DNA of 64,000 nt from Psammoneis japonica (lineage: Eukaryota). This document shows, in pieces, positions 34,955-47,598 of this stretch (position 1 is the first letter of the stretch; the number at the start of each line of letters is the position of its first letter). The position numbers and the translations under genes were made by a program. Below the pieces are notes generated by a model that saw only the letters and a program-made list of their open reading frames with translations, did not search any database and was not told the DNA's origin. Location: positions 600,979 through 664,978 of the forward strand of contig QPGO01000008.1 in assembly GCA_008632985.1 (NCBI GenBank), written 5' to 3'.

Positions 34955-36345
34955 CTATTGACAGTTGTTTTCGAGTGGTCCTTTGAAGTCCCTCAGATGA
35001 ATCTATATTTGCATTTTGTCAAGAAAGAAAGGTATTGTGAGTCACGTCAATCAAGAAGAAGCGACTACCATAGGATGCCCCTTCTTCTCACCCAAAAATT
35101 TGCTCCGTACTTAACACCTTTCGTAACTGTTAACGCGCTATGCGTCATTCTTACATCTTTCCTACTCGGATTCATATCTAGGACACTAGGCCAGATAACA
35201 ACACGCCCCATTCTTGGCTGAACCGTGATATCTAGCTTGGGAAAGTTAGTTCCGCCCCCACCCTCCACATTGTTTAGGTAGAGGAAGACGGTCAGCATGC
35301 GTACTCCAGGTTGGTGAGCCGCCTGGTAAGGGTTTAGGTCATGATGACTCTTATAGAACTCATTCTCTTGATAATTCAATAACTGTAAATATTCGGAGTT
35401 TTCTTGAGGAATCTGGGTCAGAGTTGCGATCTTGTCAGTAACTGTCTTTGTGACGGGATCATCAAAACACGAATCTATACACCATGCTGTAGTAGATGTC
35501 CTGTCTTTGCTGAAGGTTCTTGCAAAGGACCCGTCCGCATGTTGCTCACCAACATCCCAGCTACGTTCAAAACCAACTGTATGACCCAATTCAATCAGAC
35601 GTTCACATTCTTGCTGTGTAAGGAAGTCATCAAACGTTACAATCCAAGGACCATCCTTCTCCTCGGACGAATCCTCGTCTTGCTTTGGTCGCGACAAGAC
35701 CTGTGGATGAAACTCTTGATAGTCTTTCACGATGCGTTCAAACATACGGTTCAAATCCCCCGGTTCCCACGCATCGGGTGGCAGGACATCGTCTGTCATG
35801 GGGCAACGCTGTTCATAGGCAATTTGATCGCACGTCTGACAAGTCGGTGCACACTCTTTTTGCATGAACATGGGATAGTTATCGCAATGTCCATGAAGCG
35901 CCCACACAATACAATCCTCGTGAAGATTTTTGCAGTCTCGCTTGATTAAGTCGTACGATGAGTCCAAGCCGTTCATGTATTCCGCCGTCATGCCCATGAC
36001 TGCCTCCACGTCGCTTGCCAGTTCTGGGGGTTTTCGTTGCAACACACCGAACTCAAGGTCGCTATTATCTTGATCGCTGGGTTGGCAAATGTTGCAAGAC
36101 CTCGGACAGTGAATCCTCATGTATTCTGCATTAGTGTCGCATTCACTAGGCTGCAAGCCAGCCCAAAAGACGCAGTTGTCGTGCGTGTCTTTACACTCTG
36201 ATGAGGGCGGATCTTTTTCCTCTTGGCACTTTTCGTCCGTTCCATTGCCATCCGCAACACAGGTTTGCTCCTCCTGCGAAAGAACGCCGACAGCTATGAA
36301 CAAGCCGATGCATATCAACAATCTTATTTTGGTGGTCAACCACAT
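34955..36345 (-). CDS. ShKT-domain prolyl 4-hydroxylase (P4H paralogue 4), 2 exons
   Basis: MWLTTKIRLLICIGLFIAVGVLS; two ShKT domains; DRTS, HHDL, FLYLNNVEGGGGT, HSAL, KYGANFW; intron 35003-35091; IHLRDFKGPLENNCQ*. Confidence 0.9.
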
Positions 36346-36704
36346 GTTTGTTGCTAAATAGGGATGCAGTTGGGTGGTTTGCTTTTGCAAAAAATCCAGA
36401 TTGGCAAAGATGTTTGAGGTCATTTGAGGTCACAGCGCGGGATTTGCCGACAAAACGGAAACGACCAAATGACCTAGAAATTCGACTCATTCGACTATTT
36501 ATGCGCGACCACTTGCGCAGACGCAGACTTTTGCTGTGGCGATGGCGATGCACATCACACCGCCGGAAAGATCCCGGCGGCGACCATCGATTGTTCTTGC
36601 TGGCAATTGACAAACGCAGGGTTCAAAGGGCTTTCAATGGCGGCTACATCCATCCTTACTTTCAGTAGAATCTCATATATTTATAGTCGGAAAACGTGTT
36701 CAGA

Positions 36705-38558
36705 ATGTTGTATGAACGGTCGACATCAAAACCAAGCGCAGTTTCGCCGCTCGCCGTACTTTTCATGACCGCGGTATTTTTGGCCAACGGCACGACGAGC
36801 TATGCATTTCCAGTTAACGGAGCTTTGCCTATCCGAAAGTCATTCCAGCGACAACGGAATTATATGACGGCATTAAGTGATTCGGCCAAAGACGAAGATT
36901 TGCCAAAGCTTGCTCTGCCAACAGGCGATAGTAGCAGCAAGAAAGACGACAGTGGAAAAGAAGAGACTTCACGGAGGAATAAGAAGAAATCTTCGTCGGC
37001 TTCACTAAGAGGTTCCTCTGTCAATGACGTCAAGTCTTCTACACTGGCGAATAAATCACAACGTCGAAAATTGAGATTGCAGTGGTGCGATCGCGAGGAT
37101 GTCTGTGGAGATGTGTTTCGTGAACGCGTTACCGGGAATCATAACCACATGTCATTTAGTGGACCAGCTACCGGGCAGGTGTGCTATGTTTGGTCCGATT
37201 ATGAAGAAAAGGAGGAAGCAGGTGTCGCAGTGTCATCTGTGCTTATTTTGGTCAAGCAAGGCGATGATGAGCTAATGCAAATCGCTGCGTCTGCTGTTAA
37301 CGAATTGACCAAGGAAGGTATTCAGGTGTTGCTGGTACCAGACTTGGCAGCAAAACTGCAGCATTTCTTTGGTGTTCATGATGATATGATCAAGCTCTTT
37401 GAACCACAACCAGTCCCCGGCTTTGGAGAGAACTTGCACCCGTCCGACATGTTACAAGACGAGTACGGCTCGATACCTTCTTCGCACCGACACAACAGCT
37501 ACGGCGCTGACCCAGACTTGATTTGCACGCTTGGTGGTGATGGCTTGCTCATGCATGCCGGGTAGGTGTATTTGTTTCACGCTTGGTTGTGATTTGGTGA
37601 AGTAAAGCGAAAATCTCACGGTTTGATCGTTTCGAATGTAGAATGCTCTTTCCTGGTCCAGTCCCTCCAATTCTATCCATTAGCGGCGGCAGCCTTGGGT
37701 TTTTGAGCCCTTTTGGCCGAGAGGAAATGGTTGAAGCTATTCTTATGTCTTTGGGTCACATAAAAGGCAATGAAAAGGAAGAAAGTGATATAGACGACAT
37801 TGACAATGTAAACGGCAAGTTCGCCCTCTTAAGCCAACCCGGTCCCACACCCGATAATTTTTACTGGAATGGATATAAGGCTTTTCAAGGCAAAACTTCG
37901 TCGCCTCCCTTTCAGTATGGAATCGGAAGCTGTATATGTCTCTCCATGAGAATGAGATTAGACTGCCGGGTCATTAATCGAGAGGGAATCGTTCGTGCCC
38001 GATTCAACGTTTTGAATGAAGTGGTGATTGATCGAGGGTCTAGTCCGTACTTGGCAGCGTTAGAATGTTTCTGCGACGACGTTCACTTAACTACCGTTCA
38101 AGCTGATGGAATTATATTTTCGACGTAAGCGCCATTTTGTATGGTGTGTTTTTGCTCTCGACGGCCTTTGCTTACTAATTTTTGTTTATCGTTTGTGGGA
38201 TCAAAGCCCAACCGGTTCAACCGCCTATAGCATGGCAGCGGGTGGGTCTGTGGTCCACCCAGCAGTCCCCGCTATTCTTGTGACACCAATTTGTCCTCAC
38301 GTACTGAGCTTTCGATCAATGGTCTTTCCAGATCACGTAGTTTTACGATGCTTTGTCCCTGAAGATGCAAGATCGGATGCTTCGGTTGCATTTGATGGCA
38401 AACACAGACGAGAGTTACAACGTGGCGAGAGCATTCAGATACAGATGAGCGTATATCCCGTTCCCACTATTAATCGTGTCGACCATTCGTCAGATTGGCT
38501 CAACAGCCTCAAAAACAACTTCAGCTTTAATACGCGAGCTCGACAACAACCGCTCTAG
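36705..38558 (+). CDS. NAD(+) kinase, likely plastid-targeted, 3 exons
   Basis: [44 protein letters not shown]-terminal signal ending SYA-FP. Confidence 0.92.
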
Positions 38559-38939
38559 ACATCAATCCCTGCATGAGAAGAGGGACAAGGGGAGGGACAA
38601 GTGAGTACTCAACAGTTGCAACTCTTTGAACAACCAAGTGGTTAAGTTGGTCGTCAGTTATTCTCATCATAACATAGCTAATGAGCTTTTCATACATCTC
38701 GTAGCCTTATGACAACGATGGATAAAGGCGGAAGTGGTTGGTCTACCAGCACACGTATTATTTTACGAAAACAGGCGAAAAAAAATGGGGGGAAAATGAT
38801 GCGAAAAAATGGAGCAAAAATGATGTCACATTGATGTCAGAGTCATTTCTGTGAAATTCTATGAAAAATGGCAAAAACATGGCCACAAAATCACAACAGT
38901 GTGGAGGAGGAGCATTGTTGTTGTGTGTTTGTGAGCACG

Positions 38940-40106
38940 ATGCTGTTAGATTCGCATATCTTCTTGCTAATTTCAGCTGCAACAGCTGCATCCGCCTTAT
39001 TCTACATATTCTATCCCGCGCTACTTGTGTTGAGATCAGAGGAAGTTCCGGTGAAGGAGGAGATAGTGGCAGTAAACAGCAATGGTACGTATGCGCGCGA
39101 TATGGGCGTTTGTATTATGTCTCTCGCTGTTTCTGGTTGTCTGCATTATTTCTTCTTTGTTATCTCACCATACGGCTGCATTCCTTACCATCTTATATTA
39201 CGAATGTCAGATAGTAAAGCGCAGAACCAGAAAGAAAAGATTCTTCTGTCAATCATAATTCCGGCCTACAACGAAGAAGAGCGCCTTCCACACATGTTAA
39301 AGTCAGCGCTCGATTTCATGAAGCAGCAAAGGAAGTCCGTCTTGGAAAAATGTCGAGCCATACTGGAAGCTCGGGGTGAGATGTTTCCTGCGCATGAAAT
39401 GGGTGTCGAATGGTTGATTGTTAGTGACGGATCGACGGATGGGACTTTACAAGTCGCTCGGCAATGCGGAAAAAGCGCTTGCTCTGATAACAGGCACGAT
39501 ATTTGGAAGCTTCTATCTTTGGAATCCAATAGTGGCAAGGGTGCCGCAGTTCGAGCGGGGATGATTCGTGCTTGTGGGCACATTTGTCTCATGGTAGACG
39601 CCGATGGGGCGACGGAATTTGGTCCTGGTTTGGACGCCGTCTTGGATTCGTTGCAGCTTCACGTGGAAAAGAACACTGCTAGTTCAGCAGATCATGGAGT
39701 AGCCGTCTTTGGCTCTCGGTCGCACTTAGAAAAGTCAACACAAGTTGCGAAACGGAGTATCGTTCGAAATTTCCTCATGAAAGCCTTTCAATTTTTCGTT
39801 CAAGTTTTGTGCGCCTCAAATGTGCGAGACACGCAGTGTGGCTTCAAGGCCTTCACGAAAGAGGCAAGAGTTGCACTCTTTAGCAACCTACACCTCCGTC
39901 GCTGGGCATTTGACACCGAGCTTGTAGTGTTGGCAATGCGGCAGTCAATTAAAATTATTGAAGTACCAGTACCTTGGCATGAAGTGGACGGAAGCAAGCT
40001 AGATACAAGCAAGCTTGCGTTGGCTCTTGTGAGTTTGAGCATGTTACGAGACATGATTTGCGTCCGAGCATGCTATACTCTCCGAATATGGACGATAAAA
40101 CAATAG
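38940..40106 (+). CDS. ALG5: Dolichyl-phosphate beta-glucosyltransferase (GT2); possible in-frame intron near 39085-39210
   Basis: N-terminal TM helix; IIPAYNEEERL, DGSTD, GKGAAVRAGM, MVDADGAT, RDTQCGFK, WAFDTEL, WHEVDGSKL. Confidence 0.9.
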   Translation: MLLDSHIFLLISAATAASALFYIFYPALLVLRSEEVPVKEEIVAVNSNGTYARDMGVCIMSLAVSGCLHYFFFVISPYGCIPYHLILRMSDSKAQNQKEKILLSIIIPAYNEEERLPHMLKSALDFMKQQRKSVLEKCRAILEARGEMFPAHEMGVEWLIVSDGSTDGTLQVARQCGKSACSDNRHDIWKLLSLESNSGKGAAVRAGMIRACGHICLMVDADGATEFGPGLDAVLDSLQLHVEKNTASSADHGVAVFGSRSHLEKSTQVAKRSIVRNFLMKAFQFFVQVLCASNVRDTQCGFKAFTKEARVALFSNLHLRRWAFDTELVVLAMRQSIKIIEVPVPWHEVDGSKLDTSKLALALVSLSMLRDMICVRACYTLRIWTIKQ

Positions 40107-40829
40107 AGAATCCATGACTTCCAATGCGGTGCGGCAACATTTCTCGCAATGGCATCACAAACTCGTCCAGGCTAATTTGCGCCAATCTTTCGGAGAGCGT
40201 TTGTCCTCGAACTTAGATTTGTCGCACCCGCGCACCGTATTGCCTTCCTTTTCACCCATCCAAGCTCTTCGCCACCGCCACACTAGCGTATCCACATCGG
40301 ACATCAGCAGACGAAGCACCTCATAACAACCTCAATATTTTACTTTCTTCGATTTTGTCGGGGCTAGACCTATAGTACTTGTTGAGGTTAAAAGGTACGC
40401 CATCGCACCAAGGGATACTGTATGGTAAGTAAGACCTCTCTACTTTGCACTGTACGGTATGTAGACTAAACTAGAAGTATCATCCGGTAGAACTTTTCTC
40501 GTTCAAGCCCAGTTCAGCTCATACCGTTATTATTCAGGCTGGGCTTTTCTTAAAATAGATCTTGAATAGTCTCTACTCTCTCGTCCTCCTTCTGCCCCCC
40601 TTGTGATATTTTTTGCACGACTGAAGGTTGCGTTTTTCGTGCCGAGCCGACTGCGCCGACGTCACACCGCGCCAAGCTGAGCATTTTATTTCATCATCAT
40701 CCAACGTCCAACGGCAAACCTTCACTCTAGAAATTGAAAATAAACTCCTCATCGGATTGCGACTTCCCCTCTTTTGACTTTTGACTACCTCCAAGGCAAA
40801 CTGCAGCAGTCTCTACTCTCACGTACTCA

Positions 40830-42518
40830 ATGTCCGAGGTTGACGAGGAATCGAGTGCGCTTGAGCATGGATCGCCTCCTAACGACAAAAGAGGTCGAAA
40901 GAAATGTATTGTTGGAGGAGTGGCTTTTGTCGCATTGAGCGCTGCAGTGATTGTGGGTGCGGTAGTCGGAACGTCTTCGAAGCGAAACTCGAATAGCAAC
41001 GCTGCATCAGCGCAACTGAGTGGGGTTGTGGATCAATCAAACTCAGCGGCAACGACCAGCTCCCCTTCAAACGTACCGTCACTCGTTCCCTCGGCAAACC
41101 CATATCCTTCCCATGTACCTTCACGCGTTCCATCGGCACTTCCCACCACGATGCCCGCAGCTTCACTTAATCCCACCGCCACGCCGACGTATAGTCGTAG
41201 CCCTAGCGTGAATCCCAGCTTCAGTTTCCACCCAACCATTAGCTCCGTACCCAGCAGCAGTCCTTCAACGAGCATCAGCCCCACCGCAATTAATTGCGAC
41301 TTGGTGGATGAGTGCTCCTCGTTCCCAAACTCTTCTGGCTGGACGCAAGTGGCTCCTGAAATCATTGGTGAAAATGCTGAAGACTTGTTTGGGTATGCTG
41401 TTTCTATTTCCTGTGATGGTGCCGTCCTAGCCATTGGTAGTTCTCAGAACGACGGGAACGGAGAAAGGGCCGGCCATGTTCGCGTGTACAAAACCAGTCC
41501 CGGTGGCTGGCAGCCTTTCGGGCAAGAGTTGAATGGCGAAGCAGCGTTTGACTGGTTTGGCCACTCTGTGTCGCTCTCTGGAGATGGACTCCGTCTGGCG
41601 GTAGGAGGCCGTTGGAACGACGGAAAGAATGGTAAAGATTCAGGACATGTCCGTGTCTTCGACTATTCCCCGACTTCTGATACCTGGGTTCAGCTAGGTG
41701 AAGACATCGACGGAGAGGCAGAGGGTGATCAATCAGGAAGGTCTGTGTCGTTGTCGGCAGATGGCATGAAATTGGCAGTAGGCGCTTCTGGTAACGATGG
41801 CGCTGGTCTAGGGGCCGGTCATGTCCGTGTCTTTGAGCTCGTGGACGGGCCCACTTGGCTGCAGTTGGGACAAGACATTGAAGGTGAGGCAGACGGAGAC
41901 AATTCCGGCAGAGCGGTCAAGCTGTCGCCGGATGGAACCCGTGTTGCAGTCGGGGCCTTTACAAACGACGGTGAAGGAGGCGAAAACTCTGGACACGTTC
42001 GAGTCTACGAGCGGCAGACTGATGTCAATGGCGCAAGTACTTGGACTCAGCTAGGCCAGGACTTGGACGGTAAGACCAGGGGTGATTGGGCAGGGCTGTC
42101 CGTGTCTTTATCGGATGACGGTAGTCGCGTCGTTGTGGGAATCCCCGGCGATAACAATCGTTTCTGGCCTGGTGTATCTGTCGTGTACGAGCTCTTGCAG
42201 AATGGAACCTGGGCTCAAATTGGAAAACCACTTCGAGGTGGCTATTCAGTTGATCTGTCGTGGGATGGAACACGCGTTGCCACCGGCTCCCACAGGGGCT
42301 TCAGCAACGGAACCAATTCAGGCCACGCAATTATTTACGATTTTGTCGAAGACGATTGGGCGCAAGTCGGTGAGTACATCAACGGCAATCCTTTTGATCT
42401 GTCTGGGACATCATTGGCTCTTGCTGCACATGGCATGCGAGTTGCTGTCTCTTCTCCAGGATTGGATTACAATGGAACGGTGAACATTGGGGCTGTCCGT
42501 ATCTACGATCAGTGCTGA
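40830..42518 (+). CDS. Type II membrane protein with a Ser/Pro/Thr-rich stalk and FG-GAP-like beta-propeller repeats, 562 aa
   Basis: TM helix IVGGVAFVALSAAVIVGAVVG; PS/PT repeats; about 7 repeats of WxQLGxDIDGE..D..GxSVSLSxDGxRxAVG..ND..GHVRVF. Confidence 0.85.
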   Translation: MSEVDEESSALEHGSPPNDKRGRKKCIVGGVAFVALSAAVIVGAVVGTSSKRNSNSNAASAQLSGVVDQSNSAATTSSPSNVPSLVPSANPYPSHVPSRVPSALPTTMPAASLNPTATPTYSRSPSVNPSFSFHPTISSVPSSSPSTSISPTAINCDLVDECSSFPNSSGWTQVAPEIIGENAEDLFGYAVSISCDGAVLAIGSSQNDGNGERAGHVRVYKTSPGGWQPFGQELNGEAAFDWFGHSVSLSGDGLRLAVGGRWNDGKNGKDSGHVRVFDYSPTSDTWVQLGEDIDGEAEGDQSGRSVSLSADGMKLAVGASGNDGAGLGAGHVRVFELVDGPTWLQLGQDIEGEADGDNSGRAVKLSPDGTRVAVGAFTNDGEGGENSGHVRVYERQTDVNGASTWTQLGQDLDGKTRGDWAGLSVSLSDDGSRVVVGIPGDNNRFWPGVSVVYELLQNGTWAQIGKPLRGGYSVDLSWDGTRVATGSHRGFSNGTNSGHAIIYDFVEDDWAQVGEYINGNPFDLSGTSLALAAHGMRVAVSSPGLDYNGTVNIGAVRIYDQC

Positions 42519-43154
42519 ATGGCGATGATACGTGCAAACTTTTTCAAGTGCCACGAATTGCCAGTCTTACTTTTTCTAGGCACAACTTAATTTATGAGGT
42601 TGTGAATGTAGCGTTGTCAAGACTTAGATTGTACCATATTCATCATTGGTCGGGCTTTGGCTTTGGCTTTCCTTTTTAGTTTCGAAGCAGAAGCCTTTTT
42701 CCGTCTTCATTAGAAACACAAAACCGAGCCAGTTTTGCTACTATCGTCACCGTCACTTTCCATCTGCTCTCTCTAGTCTAGCTGATTTTGGGGGGCTAGC
42801 TAGCTAGTAGAGTATGATAGGGGTGGATGAGATAGCCGCATCCCAAACTAAACGCCTTGCCAAAAATTCTCCAGCTGGCACATAACCAGTCCGCATGACG
42901 ACCGACCGGCGGCCGACCGACAACCGACAACCGACAATAACCGCCGCCGAGAACCGCTGCAAACCGCATGCCCATCATTGTGATTGTTCTCGCCGCTCAT
43001 GAACCTTGAGTCTCCGAGGCCAGAGGCCGCTGCTGTTGAAGATATCTCGTTGTTGTTGTGAGTGTCGACGTAGTAAGGATTTTTCTGTCTCAAGAGTCCG
43101 TGTACTTTTTGTTGATCCCTGTCCGTCGATACCAACGCTTGGCCGTGACTTGTG

Positions 43155-43911
43155 ATGATGGTCAAGCTTTTGCCGCTGATGCTGTTGACCTTCTGGGCTG
43201 CATCCTTGTCTTCCGCGTTTCTCGTGGTACCACCCAGTCGACAGTGCGTATTTCGACGCTCTAAATTTCCGTCACTTTTTCGGGATTCAGTGGCACTAAA
43301 GAGTACCAAAGAAGAAGAAGACGCAGCTAATGCAAATGACGACAACGATGATGACTGGATGTTAGACGACGAGGAATTAGAAATACTGTTTGAGGGCGAT
43401 GATAATGAAGATGACGTGGGCGAGCAACAGGAAAGTGAGGGTCCTGCACAATCCCTTTCCGAATTAGAACCCAAAGAACTCGATAATATGGAACGAGCAT
43501 GGCGATATGCGGGCAAACCATTGCTCCGTATTGGTTCTAAGGGCGCTTCAGACTCCCATGGAAACAGCTTGAGAGAATTATTGGAAGCTCACACTGCAGT
43601 CAAAGTGAAAATAAATACAAGAAAATTCGGTGCGTTCTCGTGGAGAAGATGACTTCATATTCTGGGTTTTGATTTTCTGATACTTACGTTGCGTGCTCTC
43701 GTGTTCGTCAGAAACCCTTGAAGGCGGCTTTGAGGTGTTGAAAATGCTAGCCGAAGACTCGGGTGCGCCCCCAGGCATCGAGTTAATCCAAGCCAGGGAG
43801 ACTGACTCCATCATCATGTGCGCATTACCAGGAACCATGGAGAAAATTATAAATGGAGAATTCCCCCCACCCGAGGACAACAGCGATCCAACTACTGACG
43901 AGGATCCTTAA
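43155..43911 (+). CDS. Plastid-targeted CRS1/YhbY (CRM) RNA-binding domain protein, 2 exons
   Basis: Signal ending LSSA-FLV; acidic linker; KPLLRIGSKGASDSHGNSLRELLEAHTAVKVKIN. Confidence 0.75.
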
Positions 43912-44096
43912 TCTCATTCTCATGAAAAGCTTGTTGCTGCTATTTTAAGAACACTAGCAGGGCTAAACAGTAGGAAAAGAGTACGGTGCAGTAATAAAAG
44001 TGCAGAGTACAAGAGGAGGATGTGCTCACGAGAGCCAATTCCATCTTCCATAGCATAACAGACTCAAATTATTAAGAATACTCAGAGTCGCTTGCC

Positions 44097-45235
44097 TCAA
44101 ACTTTTGTACCCTGCAGAAAAGAAATCACAGACTTTGCGACAGACTCTGCGTGGTCTGGGTCTGCGTGGAAATGATGGCTTCCTTCAAGCACTTCATACA
44201 CGGCAGGCTGCAGCAAAGATTTGATACCATCGGCAACTTTCGCATCGAAAGGCCAACCATCTTTGGCTAAGAGAACACATACCGGACACTGGATGTCATG
44301 GTAGAGAGCATCCACCTGTTCCTGTGAAATATATTGTATAGACGGCCATTGCAACCGCGGATCGTGACGAAACTGCACGCCTCCATTGCTCATCTCTATC
44401 GTTCCCCTTTTCACCAGCTCTTCTGAAGCGGCTTTTGACAGGTATTGCTTCCCAGGATATTGCGTAGCCGTCATGCATCGCGTCTTGACCGCTAGTTCCA
44501 AGCTGCCGTAGACACGAGGCCCTTTGATGTCTGCATCACTACCAACTTCCTTGAACTGCGGATAGAAACGCGGGTTATCTTGGTGACGACGCAAGACAGC
44601 TTTGCGAACATGTTTGGAAAAATCACGCTGCGGTCTGGGTATAGGCCCTGCTCCATCCAGCAACACAATGCGATTCACGTGTTCGGGAAAAGCTGCACTG
44701 TACAAGACCGAAACCGAAGCGCCCATGGAGTGCCCAATAAGATCGAATGAATCCCACGCCAGATGTGAAATTGCTTCATGTACATAAAAGGCCATTTCCG
44801 CGAAAAGGATAGGCGGCGCATCGGGTCCCTTGCTAGACGACAATCCGTGACCAGGGAAATCGAGAGCTACAATCTCTGCGTCTGGAAACTCTGAAATCAG
44901 CCTCGGTGCGAGGTAGTGAAATGAACGACAATTATCTAACCAACCATGCAAACAGAGAATGCGATGAGTTGCAGGCGTACTACTTGAAGAGTGACGCCAG
45001 TGCTGCGCTGCCTGCAAGATAAAAAGAGCAGCAGTGTCAGTCAGTATGGCCTTCCGTCTGTTTCCTCTCTCACCCTCTACCGTAGTAACACATCATCGAC
45101 ATTTTCAATTTCTGTCTGCATCGCGTTCGTTCGACTTACAAGCTTTACACCGTCGGAACACACAATTGTACGCTCCGCTGCTTTGGAAGAGGCGGCTAAT
45201 GCGGTCATGAGTGCGGCTTTGGCTGTCATATCCAT
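44097..45235 (-). CDS. Alpha/beta hydrolase (serine hydrolase-like, SERHL type), 2 exons
   Basis: LCLHGWLDN, DFPGHG, nucleophile GHSMG, C-terminal GSHHFHAD. Confidence 0.88.
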
Positions 45236-45609
45236 GTGAATCTGTTGTCATGATGTGATCACTGAATCAAGAAAGCGCCAAGCAAAAAGTGGGTGCGTGT
45301 TCGACACTGTGTTCTTTTGTGTTCGCAGAGAGAGAATGAAAGCAAAATTCGAAAATTTCGAAACCAAAAATCTCCCTCCGAGAAAAGGATATTTACACAC
45401 TCCGGGTCTCTTCCGTCGGAAACTCGGAATTTGCACCGATCTCCCTTCGGATTTCGGGGATTCACGCTTTACGCGATGATACTTTAGTCACTCTTCGTCT
45501 TCCGCAGCATGGAAGATCATCTCACATCCTCTGTCCTCTTTTTATAGATCCAATAATCAAGCTGACTGTATACTGAAGGCGCTGCAGTTGATTCCAATCA
45601 GCGGAACTA

Positions 45610-47598
45610 ATGGCATTGTGGAGGAATAGCGGGGGCGGCCAGAGCCAGATCTTGCTAGATTCGGTGCGTGACGACCCTGGAATGACAACTCACGCCTATG
45701 GAAGCTCTTCCATAACCCACAATGCTGCACGCAGTGCTTTCTCCGCGCTCGTCCCACTCGAAAACGGTCTCATGATTCGACTCCTCAAGAACAATCACGT
45801 GGAGATCAGCAGCAGCGAAGTCGACTACAACTTTTCTCACGTACACCCAAACTGCTATGCACCAGCGGCACTCGCCAACGTGGAGTTATTAGCCGGAGGT
45901 GGCAGTGGTACAGCCGTCTTTCAAGGACGCCATCCAGAAATGCACTCCATTGTCATGAAGCACGGTGGCCCAACGGACTTGCAAGAAGTGTTTTCACTCA
46001 GTCTTATCAGCCAAGAGCTTCAAGAACGAGGAGCAGCTAGTCATAGTCAAAGGATTTCTGCCGAGAAAATGAAACAGCGAATTCCAGAGTTCGTTATGTT
46101 ATATATTTCGCCCTTTCACTTACGAGATCGTAGCAGAGAGCTTTGGAGTCGAACGTTGCGATTGTCTCCTACGCTCACTGGCGAGGAGGAGGAGGAGGAT
46201 GACACGGATGAATCGCCAGACGACGGTTGTGTAGCTGACCATGAAGCTTCGCAACAACCACACGCCAAGAAGTATATTCCTCGTCAGATTCGTCTCATGG
46301 AAAGCACGAACAATGAGATCTCTTTGGACGTGTACTTTAATTCCGTCAAACTGGAAGTTCCTGGTTTGACGGATGCACGGCACCAAACAATTCAACAAGG
46401 GCATGCATTTCTCGCTGAGCTTCTCAAAGAGCTACTTCCGGCACAGCGACAAGAGGATTGGAAATTCACAGTCGCTCAAAAGATGATTGGAGGTCCTAAC
46501 GCTGAAAATGGGGCAACTGTTTTAACTAGCGGGGAACTCCGCGGCCACCTTCTTGAAAGACTCGTACGAGATTTTTGTAGCGTAATTCAAGATTTGCGAG
46601 CACTGACTCTTGCACACGAAAAGACAGTCTTAGACACTGTACGGAGTGAAGTACAAGATTTGAAGCGTACAAGAGATGTCACGTCCGTCACAAAGACAGC
46701 CGACGCATTTGTTGGCGCGGCCATCAAGAAAAATTTTGCACCTGAAGGGCGGTTACATCGATTGAGGTGTATTGGAGAGCATTTTCGCCAAAGCGAGTAT
46801 ATGGTACTGACCAAGAACGAACAAATTCCTGCTCGTTTTCTGGGATCAGTGCTGGAGCCGCAAGTCGATTTGAGCTCCGTATTTGTCGAGTCGCCGGCCG
46901 TCAAGTCTGCTCTCGATTACGTACTGGATGACAATGACACCTCGTACTGGTTAGATCTCTTGGAACACGCAACCTCATTTGATCACCCATCCGCCACTGA
47001 CCGGATCTGGTCCTGCGGTCTCACGGACGCGGGGCTGCACAATCTCTTTTTGTGCCGTCAACGAGGTGTTGAACTCTTTGACCTTGGCAAACCGCAACTG
47101 TCACCGCAGCCTGCTTTCTTGACGAAATTTTTCATGTCCTTCTTTCATGCACTTGGAATGGAAGAGAACAATGAAGGAACCTCATGGGTGCGTCGGTTCC
47201 AGGTTGTCGGTGACAAGCTGGACTTGACCGCCGAAACTGAAGAAAAGATACCGTATTGTTACGATGCGTTTGAGTTTGCCATGGACGATATGATCGAGGA
47301 GCTTTTTGAAGCCGACGAGGACGTTCGCGAGCTCATTGTCAAGTACGTTGTGCTTCAGTTACTCTCGGACGCTGCCTTCTGTTTGGCGAGGTGGGAGGAA
47401 AAAGGAGGAGGTAAGCCGCGATTTGGTGCGCGCGCTTCGGAAGGATTAGAAAAGTTTCTGTGGAGAAGTTTGTGGGACATTTTCATTGCATGTCATGTCC
47501 ACCAGAAACTACTCATTGACGGCTCTAGGAGTCTGTTGCAACGGTACAATCAGAATTTTACGCTTCGGGAGTTTTCTATGCTTCATCCGGAAAGGTGA
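45610..47598 (+). CDS. Hypothetical 662-aa protein with protein-kinase-like motifs
   Basis: Long intact ORF with normal TA/CG content; LAGGGSGTAVF, IVMKHG, TDAGLHNLFL, ELFDLG. Confidence 0.75.
   Translation: MALWRNSGGGQSQILLDSVRDDPGMTTHAYGSSSITHNAARSAFSALVPLENGLMIRLLKNNHVEISSSEVDYNFSHVHPNCYAPAALANVELLAGGGSGTAVFQGRHPEMHSIVMKHGGPTDLQEVFSLSLISQELQERGAASHSQRISAEKMKQRIPEFVMLYISPFHLRDRSRELWSRTLRLSPTLTGEEEEEDDTDESPDDGCVADHEASQQPHAKKYIPRQIRLMESTNNEISLDVYFNSVKLEVPGLTDARHQTIQQGHAFLAELLKELLPAQRQEDWKFTVAQKMIGGPNAENGATVLTSGELRGHLLERLVRDFCSVIQDLRALTLAHEKTVLDTVRSEVQDLKRTRDVTSVTKTADAFVGAAIKKNFAPEGRLHRLRCIGEHFRQSEYMVLTKNEQIPARFLGSVLEPQVDLSSVFVESPAVKSALDYVLDDNDTSYWLDLLEHATSFDHPSATDRIWSCGLTDAGLHNLFLCRQRGVELFDLGKPQLSPQPAFLTKFFMSFFHALGMEENNEGTSWVRRFQVVGDKLDLTAETEEKIPYCYDAFEFAMDDMIEELFEADEDVRELIVKYVVLQLLSDAAFCLARWEEKGGGKPRFGARASEGLEKFLWRSLWDIFIACHVHQKLLIDGSRSLLQRYNQNFTLREFSMLHPER

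Noticed and set aside
42848..43516. 222-aa Ser-rich minus-strand ORF
   Set aside because: Antisense shadow of the acidic CRM-domain gene.
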